DNA of 64,000 bases, from assembly GCA_964016885.1 (NCBI GenBank), contig OZ024755.1, positions 14,508,001-14,572,000 of the forward strand, read 5' to 3'. A program made the translations under genes and the position numbers. This document shows, in pieces, positions 36,081 through 49,868 of this stretch. The notes under the pieces are model-generated. The model searched no databases. It worked only from the letters and a program-made list of their open reading frames with translations, and had not been told where the DNA came from. Every line of letters begins with the position of its first letter. The first letter of the stretch is position 1. The stretch comes from Eledone cirrhosa (taxonomy: Eukaryota).

Positions 36081-36845
36081 GTATTTCTTCATAATTGTAC
36101 TGCTACTGAGGAGAGGCGAGGCTACCTTTAGTAATTATATCAGTAAAGTGTGTTTTGTATCTTCCAAGGTATGGAATTGTCTAAAAAAGGATGACGACCA
36201 TCAGATCGGACCAAGAAACAATATTTTTGTTTTTGTTTTCATTACTGATACTGTCTGCTGGTCGGAACGTGAAATAAAGGATTTTTTTCAATAATGCAAT
36301 GTGCCGGCGTGTCCAGGAATCGAATCTATGACCTCAGGATCATATGTCCAACACCCAAGCCACTAAATCAGAGACCTTTACAATCATCATCAATTGTCAA
36401 AGATATATGTTAAAAAAAAAAAGCATTCATAAAAAAATGAAAAACACCGAAGAAAAAGAGAACAAAGAGAAAAAAGGAAAAGAAAAAAACGAAGAAAATG
36501 AAGAAGAGGAGAAAGGAAAAAAGAAAAAAACCAAGAAAAATAAAGAAAAAAGAGGAAGGAAAAAAAGAAGTAAACGAAGAAAAATGAAGAAAAAGAACAA
36601 GAATGAGAAAAAGAATCTGAAGGAGAGTATAGAAAAGAAAAGAAGTATATTGTTGAGGAGAATGTTTCGAAAAAGGGTTTATCCAGGAAGTAGTTTGGTT
36701 ACGGAATGTTGAAATAGTTAACCGCATATACATATGTATATGCATACATACACATGTACATGCATAAAGCATGCATTTATACATACATACCAACATACAT
36801 TCATACCTGCATACAAGATACCTACTTACTTACATACCTCTATAC

Positions 36846-36920
<75 letters not shown>

Positions 36921-37599
36921 CATACTCACATACACATACATGCTTACATACAGAAGGTAGGCTTTGAGATGTTATCCTGGGAGAGGGTATGACTTTACTA
37001 TCAATGACATATCGCCCACTGTGCACTTTTATACTTTTAAATTTGTAAGCTTGAATAATATCATAGATGATCAAGTAAGTGCACCCGGACGGAAAATGAA
37101 AAGCAGGAGGATATTATGATAATGAGGAGGAAGAATAGTAGGAGGAGCTATGAAAAGGGGCGGCGCTAGAAGAAAGAGGCAGATACTGACTTTTTTTTTC
37201 TGTTGCAGTTGTTGCTATTATAATTGTAGTTCTCACAAATTGGGCAGATACTCCTACAAAGCTACAGGAAATGACGCAAGACCACACCCATGTACCATTC
37301 CCTCCAAAACCTTCAATCAACAACTATCACCTTTGGAAATTTACCAGCAGACACATACATACACGCACGCATACACATACCTTCTTTCTCACACATATAT
37401 CCGCGCCCACCGATACACACTGATGCGTTTATACTACAAATAACATATATGTGAGTCTAGGTAGGTTAGAATGTAAAAAAAAGTCGACGGTCTGATAATT
37501 TTATGAGGAAGGAAGGGTCCAATAATATAGGGAGAAGTTCCATGAAATGGACTGAATCACATACACTCATTGTATGAATATCAACTAAGATGTACACTA

Positions 37600-37835
37600 C
37601 GAAGGCTTGTGAGAGAAAGTGGGTAGACGGAAACTATATAGATGCCCGTCGGATGGATTGTACCAATAATTCAAAAGTTAAGCTTTGTCATATATAGTGT
37701 CACATTGATTCGTATTTGGAATTGCGTTAAATATACACGTGTCAGCGGAATACTAGACCACTTGTACGTTGATTCATGAGTTGGAAGTACGGTTGATCGA
37801 AGAACACGAATGCTCAACGTCGAAACCGACGAAGG
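37600..37835 (+). mobile_element. SINE family C-related, degenerate
   Basis: ggtagacggaaact...taattcaaaag...acacgtgtcagcggaatact...cgtcgaaaccgacgaag. Confidence 0.6.
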
Positions 37836-37934
37836 ATCCGTCACACTAGCAACAATAAATGCAGAGGAACAGCAATCATTGTTCTTTGAGCGAGTTCACC
37901 TTGCTCGATTCGTATATAGGCAACACTTGGATCT

Positions 37935-38335
37935 ACAGGTGTACAGTAGAGAGAGTGTAACATTTACAAACTGTTGCAGTACCTCTTATACTATGCATCA
38001 ATGCATATCGGATTGTGTAATAATTGTGGGAGTGCAGGAATACCATTGACCTGACAGTGGAGAGAGTGCAACATGTGCAGACTGTCACATTGCATCCCAT
38101 ACCATCCATCAATACACGTCGGATTGTGCAATAACTGAAGGAGTAGAGATATTGACTGGACCGTGGAGAGAATGCAACATTTTCTGGCTGTCGCATTGCA
38201 TCCTATATAACTCATCCTGTATGTCAGAGTGTGCAGTATCCGCAGGTGTAGAGAAATATGCTGGAGAGTGGAGAAAGTGCAGCATAAGTATGATACACTG
38301 CATCCTATGGCATCCCTCACTGTATACATATCTGA
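37935..38335. repeat. Degenerate ~105-112-bp tandem repeat, about 4 units
   Basis: gtggagagagtgcaacat-like anchor near 37943, 38054, 38161 and 38266. Confidence 0.8.
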
Positions 38336-38924
38336 ATTTGCAGTTTAGCTCTCAGTTAGATGGAATTCTTATACAACTGGGACGTTTGAATCGCACCTTA
38401 TCGTTCGGCTGACTACCTACATGTCACACAAGTGCTTGATTGTGTTTGACCTGGAGCAACATCATAATCATCATCATCTTGAATAACAATAACAGCCACA
38501 ACTAATGATTATTCTATTAACTTCCAGATGGGTGAGTACTAAAAGCGATTATCGAACGGCTTTATAACTACCATATAATTGATGTACTGAAATAGAGCGT
38601 AACATCTCTTGTCCTGTTGTAATTTATTTACTTGAGCAGTTTACCTGCCCTGGAAACAGGGACAGTAGTTAGAAATTTTGGTAAATTCTGGTTTAGGAAG
38701 GATTTCCAGAATGGTGATCCCTAATTTAAATTATTTCTCGATGGATGAAAAGGAGTTGGCCATATAAAGGAGCGATGCTACGAGACACCAGTTAACAACT
38801 AATTTTTAACAGGGATAATTAACGGAGAATAAACTTCACCCCTCCCCTTATGTGACTGCCAGACTGCTCTGAAGGAATATTAATTAGAATATTAATTATA
38901 ATTTCTCGAAGAATACGGTCGATA

Positions 38925-39192
38925 ACATTTATCCTGGGACTTATTTATTTCAAAAGGATATAAGCAAAATTAACACCGGCTAGATTTGATCTCAAAAGAT
39001 GAATAAAGGAACGCAAATGAATACTGTAAATGGATTATAATGACTCTAGTATTCGACTAATTCTAAATTATATCGAGGATGAAAGGTACAGTTGATCTGT
39101 GCAAGATTTGAACCCAGAACGTAAAGAACCATAACTAAATGCTACGAGGTATTTTGTCCAATGTCTTAACGCCTCTGCTAATCCACGTCCTT
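38925..39192 (-). mobile_element. Two adjacent degenerate SINE family A copies
   Basis: aggatgaaaggtacagttgatc...gatttgaacccagaacgtaaag. Confidence 0.6.
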
Positions 39193-39210
39193 TGATTAGA
39201 TAATAGTATA

Positions 39211-39330
39211 TACGAGAGTCGGATGAAAAGTTCATATGCTGACTATGAAGGAGTGATGCTAGAGCTGTTAAATTTTGCATGCATTAATTTCAACTGTTAA
39301 CAATAACTGCATTGTTTCTTTAGAATTAAC
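39211..39330 (+). mobile_element. mariner-type transposon end relic
   Basis: tacgagagtcggatgaaaagttcatatgctgac, a mariner-like TIR. Confidence 0.6.
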
Positions 39331-39829
39331 TTGTGACTTTAACAACAATGAAAGCTCTCGGTCAATTATCAAGGGTAATATCACCATCTGACCGTTGGGC
39401 GCCTTAAGCGGAGTTTACTCTACGAAAAACAATAGGGCCAAGTCTTCTGTCTTGTCTAAGAATAACAGAATCTCCAGCCCACCAATCACGGATGCGCTAA
39501 AAGTGATCAAAGGTGTTATATTTTGTCCCCCAACTGAAAGAAAATCACGGCTTTGATTCTGAAGCTTATATTACGAATGGTTATATTATTTGCATCAGAG
39601 AACTTCTGTAGCCTTGATCCCTGCTCATTTCTCACACCAAAGACGTAGCCTTCATATATACTATGGAATGTCACCATTTATTTTATTTAATGCTGTCTAG
39701 ATATAAAAATAATTAAGTCGTAGAAGTACAGACTTGACAAACAGCGTGCCTTCGGCATTTTAAACCTGGTGAAGCCCACCCCTCTTTATGTCTTAATACA
39801 GCCGATTTCTTTCAGAGAGAGAAGACCAA

Positions 39830-39970
39830 CCCAGAACTGGACTGGTACGTTATTTATCGACCTCGAAAGGATAAACAGTACAGTTAACTTGGGCGAGATT
39901 TGAACTCAAAGCGCAAAGAGCCGGAACAAATATCACGGAACATTCTAACGACTCTGCCACTTAGCGGCCG
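39830..39970 (-). mobile_element. SINE family A, partial
   Basis: actggtacgttatttatcgacctcgaaaggat...gagatttgaactca...cattctaacgactctgcca. Confidence 0.7.
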
Positions 39971-40619
39971 TATTGTGGTATATTCTCTTGAGAAATGCAT
40001 GAGCATCCAATATTTCCATTTGTATTCTTGCCATGAGTGAATATTAGGCTTCTTGACAACAAGAAACCTTACAGTGTATCCATTCTTAGATCCTATGACA
40101 GAATCATGGCTATTTATATCTAGAAACGACGGATGTATTTAGAGTAGCAAGCACGCACGCACACACACACACAAAACAACAATAAATTACAAAAACCAAC
40201 AAACAAAAACAACAATAACAAATATAACAAAAGACCTTAAACATCAGCAACAAGAACAATGACAACAACAATAGCAACAACACAACGGATGCATTTATAA
40301 CAACCAGTACGGTTTCTGCTCTTTGACAGGTGCCACACGTACAATGTAGTGTTTGAATGGTAATAATATATGGTACTGGTACTGTAGTGGGGTGGTGCTG
40401 GTACTGTGGTGATAGTAGTGGTAGGGAAGAACGACCAGAGAGAGAGAGAGAGAGAATGTGTGCGTGTGTGTGAGAGAGAGAGAGAGAGGGAGAAAGAGTG
40501 AGCGAGTGAGTGAGAGAGAGTGTATTAGAGATAGGGAGAGAAAGGTAGGAAAAGTGACAATGGTAGTAAAGGAGACAATGGAAGGTAAATTGGAGAATAA
40601 CAATGAAAAAGCAGCAGAG

Positions 40620-40656
<37 letters not shown>

Positions 40657-41243
40657 TTATGTTATAGCAGGCGAAAGGGAGAGAGAAAGAAAGAGAAAGA
40701 GAATATGCGTGTGACGGTGTGATACCAAGAGAGATATAGTATGTGTTTATGTGATAGGTAAGAAGAGGGCGAGAAAGAGAGAGAGAGAGAAAGAAATGAG
40801 AGTATGTTTAGTTGTGATACCAAGAGAAATAGAGAGATTGTGTGTGTTAGAGAGAGAGAGTTTGTGTAATACTGAGAGAGTGAGTGAGTGTGTAGCTGTG
40901 TGATACCAAGAGAGAGAGAGAGAGATAGATAAAGAGAGGGAGAGAAAAGAGAAATAGAGGGAGAGATTTAGAAGGAACGTGTGCTTGTGTGTCTGTTATA
41001 GTAACAGGGAGAAAGAGCGTGTGCGTGTATCTGCGTTTGCAGTGTCAGTGTGCGCGTGTGTCTATGTGTGCGTGTGTCTGTGCGTGCGTAATAATTATAT
41101 ATAGAGATATTGAGAAAGATTGAGTCCGTGTGTTCTGTGGGAATGAGCGACAGAATGTGTGTTTGCGTCCATGTGTGATAGTGATGGATAAAGAAAAACT
41201 GTGAGCGCGAGATAGATACGGAGAAAGGGAACAGGCGCGCGCG

Positions 41244-41313
<70 letters not shown>

Positions 41314-41589
41314 AGAGAGAGAGAGAGAGAGAATAGGAAAGTTAATATTGAGTGTGGGATAGTCTGAAATAGAAAGCGTATGAGAGGAAAACATAAAACT
41401 AAATATTTATTGAAAATGAATTCTTTATATCTGATAAAAATATCAACTGAGGCTAATAATAAGTAATAAAAGCTGAAAATATCTTTGAACAGAAATGTTC
41501 TATAAGCAGACGATATGCTATATTGTATACTGTGTATATAATATAGCATAATGATTTATGTTATCCTGTGTGTAGCGAATATGTTATAT

Positions 41590-41928
41590 GCCAAGGTTAG
41601 CTTTACCTTTCATCCTTAAGGGAGCGATAAACTAAGCACCAGTAATGCACTAGGGTCGATTTAATCGACCCCCCCCCCTCAAAATTGCTGGCGTTCTGAC
41701 TAAATCAGAAACAATTATTATTGCTCTGTGCATAAGAATCGTTAGAACGTTTGGTAAAATGCTTTATAGCATTTTATTAGGCTCTGTACATTCTGAGTTC
41801 AAATTCCGCCGAAGTCAACTTTGCTTTTCAGTCATCCAGGGCCGATAAATTAATGTTTTTACCCTTTAAATCGATTTTATCCTTACCCAAACTTACAAAC
41901 CTTGTCGCTAGATTAGAAATCATTATTC
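41590..41928 (+). mobile_element. Head-to-tail pair of SINE family A copies
   Basis: 3' half at 41590-41722, second copy at 41735-41928 with ctgagttcaaattccgccgaag. Confidence 0.75.
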
Positions 41929-42084
41929 TATGGATATCAAATAATTTATATATTATCCTGTGTATAGCGATTCTGAGACCAAATCAATCCTCGATTACAA
42001 GGGGCAGGATTTGAACGCAGAGTTCAGGAAAACGTCCTTGCCAATTCTCCCGTGTCAAGTCATATATATATACAGAGGGAGAAG

Positions 42085-42342
42085 ACGCGAGGTTTAGGAT
42101 GCTGGGCTGACAATTATTTTAAGCCAGTCAGTTCAATTTTAAAGAGCGTATCGAGTCGTTGAGCAAGACCCTTTTTTCATGTTGCTCCAGATCACTCACA
42201 TGAAAAAGAAATTATACCTGTAATTAAAAGAGGGTTACTCTTGGCTTGTTCCATACTGTGCTACGTTGAATCACCCCAAGAACTACCTTAAGGGTGCACG
42301 TGTTTGTGGAACAGTCAGTCAGTCACTCGTAAGTTAATTTCA
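42085..42342 (+). mobile_element. SINE family C
   Basis: gttgagcaagacccttttttcatgttgctccagatcactca...gaactaccttaagggtgcacgtgtttgtgga. Confidence 0.7.
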
Positions 42343-42862
42343 AAACACTCACACACACCTACATATATATAGTGCATCTGAGAGACAAAGAGAAATTTAG
42401 GGTTACCTGCTCACCACTCCTACCAAATACTGTACAAACTGTGTAAAAATGATAATAACAAGAACAATAGCAGAAAACAAACTAGAATTTGAAGAAACTA
42501 CCAATTGTATGGTTCGGCAAGGAATGCAAACAAAGTTAACAAAGCTCACACAGACACGCAAACACATATCGCGTGCGCTTACATAAACAGACACACACAC
42601 ACACGGCGCACGCTTGCACACAGACACACATATCGCGTGTGCTTGCGCACCCACACACATACAGTGTGTATGTGAGAGAGAGAAAGAGAGAGTGTGGGGG
42701 GGGGAGTGTGTTAAAAAAGATAGAAAGATAGATAGATGAGTAGATAGATATATAAGTGGATAGATAGATAAATAGACAGAGAAATATATACAGATTGGTA
42801 TATATATATATATATATAGAGTGTGAGAGAGAGAGAGAGAGAGAGACAGTGTGTGTGTGTGT

Positions 42863-42902
<40 letters not shown>

Positions 42903-43099
42903 AGCTAAGAAAGTCAGTGAAGAGAGAAATACACAATATGAATAAGAGAAGATCGATAGTGGGAGAACGTAAGAGAGATCTATATTCCGGAACTTCAGTT
43001 ACATTCTTTCAATACATTCCATATTTCATCGATATAGGCCCCTTTAACTGAAAGACTAAAATATTGCCTAACCTCACCATACTCAAAGTTATAGTTATA

Positions 43100-43388
<289 letters not shown>

Positions 43389-43550
43389 GCGAATGTATAT
43401 ATATATATATATAGTAATAATAATAAATTTGAAGACTAAAATCCAAAGAGGGCTCGATAAGGATAAATATATATCAAATATATAAGAACCGTAGAGCAAA
43501 TATTTATTAAGATAACAGATTCTTTGCTTAAACTTTCATCTGTTATTTTA

Positions 43551-43595
<45 letters not shown>

Positions 43596-43895
43596 CATAT
43601 ATGCAAATAGGGAGAAAAAGACGATTATTAGGAAGAAAAATATTTTTTTTCCCTTTTTTTCTGGGTTAGAAAATGTTTAAAACAAAATATTTTACTTTGT
43701 GTGAAGTGTTAAGGTATTAGTTAATTTATTTATTAATTAACAATTGCATTTATTTATTTATTTATATATTTAATAATTGTCAATTACCGGTTTCAGCATT
43801 TTATACATTATCAAAGGGGGGAATTTCTATTGGTATAAAATGTAGGAGAAAACATATATATATGCGTGAAACATTTGTTCTCAGTTTGTGGAACT

Positions 43896-43932
<37 letters not shown>

Positions 43933-44185
43933 ATATATATATATACCAAATTTCACTCACATAGCAACGGTCAACCCTGGATTATAGTAGAGCCCGCGTG
44001 GTTACGAAGTGAACTCTAACTACAGTCTTGTCTGTTTACTTTACGATATACAAAACTTTAAATTTTACAAAAGTGGCTGGATTAGTAATATACTGGAAGT
44101 GTTCCAGGCCAAATCTACTGCAATTAAAGATGAAGAAAGAAAGATTTTGTCCCCATAAACCAAACACCATTGATAAGGATTTACA

Positions 44186-44560
44186 TTAACCCTTTTTTTG
44201 GCGATAAACACTGCCTTTGATTTTCAAATGATTTTGAAAATTATTAAGAATTTGGAAGAATTTTGTAATATACCTTTGTATTTGGAACAAAACTTAACAA
44301 AGGATCTTACAGAAATTATAATGGAATATTTTTTGATAAATATAAATACTTTAGCCATTTCGTTAATACATTTATTGGGAAAAACACCGCTCTTGATTTC
44401 CAAATAACTTTGAATATAATAATGCTATCTTTCTCATTATTAATATAGCACTTCGAACATAACTTATCAACAGTTTTTACATAAAAGCATGATGGAAAGA
44501 TTTTAGATAAAACTCTTAAAATAAACAACTTAGTATCGTAGAACTAAGGGCGGTTTCGTG
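44186..44560. mobile_element. Degenerate copies of the same piggyBac-like MITE family
   Basis: ttaacctttt start; aacttaacaaaggatcttacagaaattat and aagggcggtttc are shared with 59220-59330. Confidence 0.45.
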
Positions 44561-46977
44561 TGGGATATCTACAACCGTCGAGCTGTCATGGAAAAATTCT
44601 GTCGTAGCCACACCGGGGTGGAAAGCCATCATCATCATTAGAAATAACAGCAGCAACAGCTATGAATTGATCATCAAGAGTAGCAGGCAGCCCAATATGA
44701 TATTTTCTTCAGCCTTGACACAGCTAGGAGTGACTTTTTACTAGGAACCCAGGCCTCAGTTCATCACTGTAAATTTTAAATAGCTTTAAGTCACCTTTGA
44801 CCGAGCAGATCTCTGATCGAATGTGTCCCATCCATTATTATCATTGCGTACTGTACACAAAGGCGATGCTCCAGAATGGCCTTTGTTTTGATGGCTAAAA
44901 CAAACTATATAACTAATCTAGGACTGTAATGTCGAACGTGTTCTACGTGTGTTAAATCAGTAGAGCTTGATTTCAGGGAGTTTCTGTTCCTGTTTATCGC
45001 TGGTCGAGTAAACACATAGGTTGCTCCTGCGTTGGCGCCCGGTTAGCCGTCAAACTTTTCATATAATCTTTTACTCTTTTACCAGTAAAAGTTAAAAAAA
45101 AGTAAAGGAGCCGCCGTCGATTTTGATTATGAGTATTTCAATTATTCGATCAACTGAACTGTCAACTGTATGAATGGGCCTATAACTCAGTCCTGAGTCG
45201 TAGAGAGGTGCTGTTGTGACACCCACAAGCTTTGGCATTTTAAATCTGACAGAGCCCATCCCCTCTTCAGGTCCGAACACAGCCAATGTCTTCCGGAGAC
45301 GAAGAGAAAGAGATATAGAGTTAGTCATCTCTAGTACTGGACTGATACTTTTTTAATCGACGTCGAAAGGATGAAAGAGCGTGGAGTGCTAGGACGTATA
45401 CCTCAACGTATTTTACCTGACGTTCTACCGGCTCTGATCATTCGCCACCTCAAGCTATCTACTACATATTTATATTTTATTTATCTATATTTTTTGCTTA
45501 TTAGTCTTTTGAACAAGAACTTTCATAAATCCATTAACGTGTGTGACAAAGATGGCCCTTTAAATTACGGCTACAATCTATATGACTCGCTTCCAAGCAT
45601 TTTACATCTCTCCAATTTCACTCACAAGGATGGGGCGATAGCTGTCCAAGATGCCCCACAGTGTTTTAAGGATTGCGAAACCAATGACTTAACCTCTCAA
45701 CCCAAACAGCGCCCGCTATCCCGATGCTATGCTATAAGGTATTTGCCCATATTGCCATACAGTGAGGCGGAATTCAGAAGTGAACTTTTTACTATTCAGT
45801 CATGCCTAAGTTCGGTCGCCTTAAGATGCTGACTAAAAATGAAAAGGCAATGGGATGAAATCTGTGACATTTCAACACTCGGCCACACTTACACTGATAG
45901 CTATATATGTAGAAATGAACATGAACAAACATATCTTGTCAGGTGTGATAGTAATATTAATGGCAGGGAACTGCCAAGTATCACAGTTAGGGGAGGTGGT
46001 TTACTTGAAAGAATCTACCACACACACATACACACATGTATGTATGTATGTTTGCGTGTGCACAGACATGTGTGTGTGACTGGAGGAGTAGAGTGTGCAT
46101 GTCACATAGTGTTTGTGTGCTTGCCTCAGCCCGCATTCATATGTTGAATGCCTTCACTTCCCATTTAGCTGAAGTATAAATGGGAGCTGAGAAGTTAAAA
46201 TCATTTTCAAGGACATTAACAGTGACAGTAAAGAGAAAATAATATCATTCGGGAAAAAAAATCGAAACCGGCTTTTGTAAGCTATGTTCTTTGTGTTTTT
46301 GTATATTATCTAATATAGCTCTGCACGCTCTTCCTTCCTTCCTTACTCGACCCCTTAACTCCCAATAGAGTCGTCGCAGGGACGCCATTGTGATATATGG
46401 TGTGTTTGTGTGTCTAGGTATTCTAAAGACAGGATGGCCACGTCTAGAATGCATTGGATTATAGATTTCATTCACCAAAGCTGGTCTAGCACATTAAGTC
46501 TAAGTGTACTAACAGCAGCACCACCAACTTTACCAGCTGTAGCAGTACCAGTACTAGCAGCAGCACCACCTGTACCACCACCAGCACAATCACCTCTACT
46601 ACCACCACTCCTTAACCAGGAGCAGCAGCAGCAGCAGCAGCCCCAACGGTACTAGCAGCGCCCCCGCCACCAGCAACACCATCAGCAGTACCATCACCAG
46701 TACCAACAGTAGCACCAGCAGTACTGGCACCGCCATCAGCAACATTATCAGCTGTACCATCAGCAGTCCCACCAGCAGCACACCCGCTACCGCCAGCAGC
46801 AACAGTAGCACCAGTGCCAGCAGTACCGGCACCTGCAACATCACAACCAGCAGGATTAGGACTATCACCATCAGCGAGGCCGCCGCTGCCGCCGCCGCCA
46901 GGAGCACTAGTATCAACACCATAAACCTCAATAAAAAGCGAAGCTCGTAGTGAACCAATATTTGTCACAATTTCGGT

Positions 46978-47008
<31 letters not shown>

Positions 47009-47084
47009 GGGGGGGGGTGATGGTGGTCTTTAAATGAGTTGTGGGTACTTCATTTTCTCCCTGACTAAACTATAGAAAAAGCAC

Positions 47085-47124
<40 letters not shown>

Positions 47125-47277
47125 CGCACACAAAGTGACACTCCCACACCATACGCCACATTTCCCGCGTGAGAATATTTTCCTTCTTTACACCAGTCAC
47201 TGAGGCTCTGAAAAGGTGTCTTAGGAAGGCATAGGAAAAATAAATTAAAAACCACTGCATTAAGGACTCCTCAGTCC

Positions 47278-47480
47278 GGTGCTTATTCCGGTTTCCGTGG
47301 CGTGAAGCAACTGAGAGTACAAACTCTCTCCACCCTGGACAGGACGCTAGTCTATCACAGGGTTAAACTCCCAGCTATTGCTGGTACTCATTTTCAGCTG
47401 AGTATACTGGAGCAACAGGAAATGAAATATTTTGCTCAAGAATACAACACACAATCCGGTACAAGAATCGAACCCACGTC
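47278..47480 (-). mobile_element. SINE with family C central domain and a different 3' tail
   Basis: ggtactcattttcagctgagtatactggagcaac...ttgctcaagaatacaacac...gaatcgaaccc; tail ccctggacaggacgctagtctatcacaggg. Confidence 0.7.
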
Positions 47481-48109
47481 ATTAGTATCGGGGTTTGTAA
47501 AAAAATAAAATATAAATGTCCTCATAAAAAGAAGAATAAAACATGAAAAGTAAGCATAAGAAAGAAGGCAAAGTGAAACAGTGAAACAAATATGTAAAAG
47601 ATCAAACTGAACAAAAGACAAAAACGAACCCCACTCGTCCCCCAGAAAGTAAAACAAAAGTAGAAGATAAATATAAGCTTTTGATAAAAAACAAAATGCA
47701 AAGGAAAAATTGGCAAACGAAATTGCAGAAATATATTGAAAAAACTATGTAAAATAAATGTAAAACTTACCTAAATAATTTCACTGCAAATTTTCCAGTA
47801 AATGGACGGTGGAAATTTGACAATACATTTTTTTTTATCTATTTCATCTTTTCATTGTTCATGGAAAATTTTGTAGTGTTTTAAAATATTTTTTAAAAGA
47901 ATATCTTTTAATTTTTTAAATATCAAATATTTTTTCTTTTCTTTTGATATGTTTGATATTGAATACTCCAGAAAAAAAACAAAAAACAAAAACAGAAGGA
48001 TGTATTTGATGATCATCTGAGTACATGGAATAAGCTGTAACACAGAGTAGAGGTGGTGATCGAAGTGAATGTTGAAATAATATAACAGGTTTATAGTTGT
48101 AGTTGTAGA

Positions 48110-48177
48110 TCAGAAGATAAACGGATAGAAACAGCAGTCTGTCAGACAAGTTCCTGGTGGGCCGCAACAGCCTGTTT
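48110..48177 (-). CDS. Possible terminal coding exon of a small Cys-rich protein (xTGCCGPPGTCLTDCCFYPFIF*)
   Basis: Long polypyrimidine tract plus CAG acceptor on the minus strand (48178-48212), followed by non-repetitive sequence; reading frame uncertain. Confidence 0.25.
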
Positions 48178-48241
48178 CTGAGATAAAGTAAATAGAAAAG
48201 AGAAAATGAAAGTGATATGTACACATCATATGATTAAGAAC

Positions 48242-48332
<91 letters not shown>

Positions 48333-48411
48333 ATATGCACGAATATATTATATATTCTCGACGCTATAATAATGTATGGGCAACATATGAGGGCAAATCT
48401 GGAAACGCAGC

Positions 48412-48446
<35 letters not shown>

Positions 48447-49320
48447 TATATATATGATTGACTTATTGACTTATACATTAATTATATTTATATATTACAG
48501 TAATCAATATATAATCACATATATAAGTATAATATATTAATTTATTAATCTGGCAAATATTTGGACGGTAACCAGCTGTATTGATGGATACACAAACACT
48601 TTTTATCTCTTTTATCCCAGCCTCTCTCACTCTCTCACTCGTTCACTCACACAAACGCACCACATACAAAGACACATAGACTCATTTAAATATAAGAATG
48701 AAAAGCCTTGAGATAAACTGCTTCAAGAGAGAAAAACACAAAGAAAGACTGATAGATAGAGAGCGTGAGAAAGAGCGAAGGATATAATATATATATGATT
48801 CTTCGTTTTCCATTATATATATATATCTATGTATATATCTATGTATGTGTAGGTTATATTAAGTATATTAAAAGTTAGCAGTGTCCTGGTATGGCCGCAG
48901 TCTCATGACTAAAACTAATAAAAGCATAAACGTATACATATACACGAACGCGTAAAGTTTTATAACATATATATGTACATACATACACACACACATACGA
49001 ACATATATATATCTGTGTCTGTGTGAATACGTATATTTGTATGCGTGTGTGTGCATCTATGTTTGATATTTTAGTTAAATGATTATAATACGGTATATTT
49101 CCAGTAATAGTTAACAATATTTTCACATCTTACTTTGTTAAATGTTAAGCGTTTTGTGGTTTCCTTTTAACTTTACACAAAGTCTCACTCCGCCATTTTC
49201 AATTTTCACGTTTTTTGTTTGTCTTTTTTTCTTTTTCTTTTTTGACGTGCAACAAGTCGCAGCGACGTCCTTAGGTCTGTTGCTGCATCACCACACGTAG
49301 AAATAATGATGATATTCCAT

Positions 49321-49376
49321 CCGCCAGAGGGCGTATACAATTGAAATATATGTCCTAACCACTAGGGGGCGTATAC
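49321..49376 (+). promoter_or_regulatory. Two tandem CTCF-like motifs
   Basis: CCGCCAGAGGGCG (49321) and CCACTAGGGGGCG (49359) resemble the CTCF core consensus. Confidence 0.45.
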
Positions 49377-49509
49377 GCTATAACTTTGGAGATGTATCCG
49401 ATAACATTCTTCTCATAGTCATCAATTAACTATAAAAAATAAATTAAAATAAATGGTGATGATGTTGACGATGATGATGGTACCGCTGCTGCTGTTAATG
49501 ATGACGGAT

Positions 49510-49868
49510 CCTCCGTCGGTCTCGACGATGAGCATTCAGTTGTTCGATCAACTGAACGTCCGACTCATGAAATAACGTGTAGGTGGATGAGTATTCCACA
49601 GAAATGAGCATCGTTAATGTAATTCAGAAGTCAGAGTCAGGTGATACAGTATGTGACAAGGCCGGGCCGTTGAATTGCAGATACAATCCATCCGACGGGC
49701 TTCCACGAAATGTCTGTCTATCCAATTTCATTTATAATGCTTAGATCGACTCGAAACTATGGTAAAACTGACATACCCGAGACAACACCTCCATCTCAAC
49801 CCCATAGTGGAATCGAACCCAGGTTCTCACAATTTCGAAGCAGACTTTTAAAACCACGTAGCTAAGCC
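49510..49868 (-). mobile_element. SINE family C-related (composite)
   Basis: ctccgtcggtctcgacgatgag...gtgacaaggccgggcc...gtggaatcgaacccagg. Confidence 0.65.

Noticed and set aside
36344-36712. Lys/Glu-rich 122-aa ORF
   Set aside because: A-rich purine low-complexity tract
43780-43822. Minus-strand TTGATAA...GAAACCGGTA hammerhead-like string
   Set aside because: No pairable stem I and a mutated core; could be chance
46245-46478. Minus-strand ORF with LRRLYW...EGRACRAILD, weakly RTE-like
   Set aside because: Similarity too short to support a call
46505-46968. Gly/Ala-rich and Pro/Gln-rich ORFs
   Set aside because: Degenerate (CAG/CAC/TAG) trinucleotide tract like others in the window; no splice or domain support
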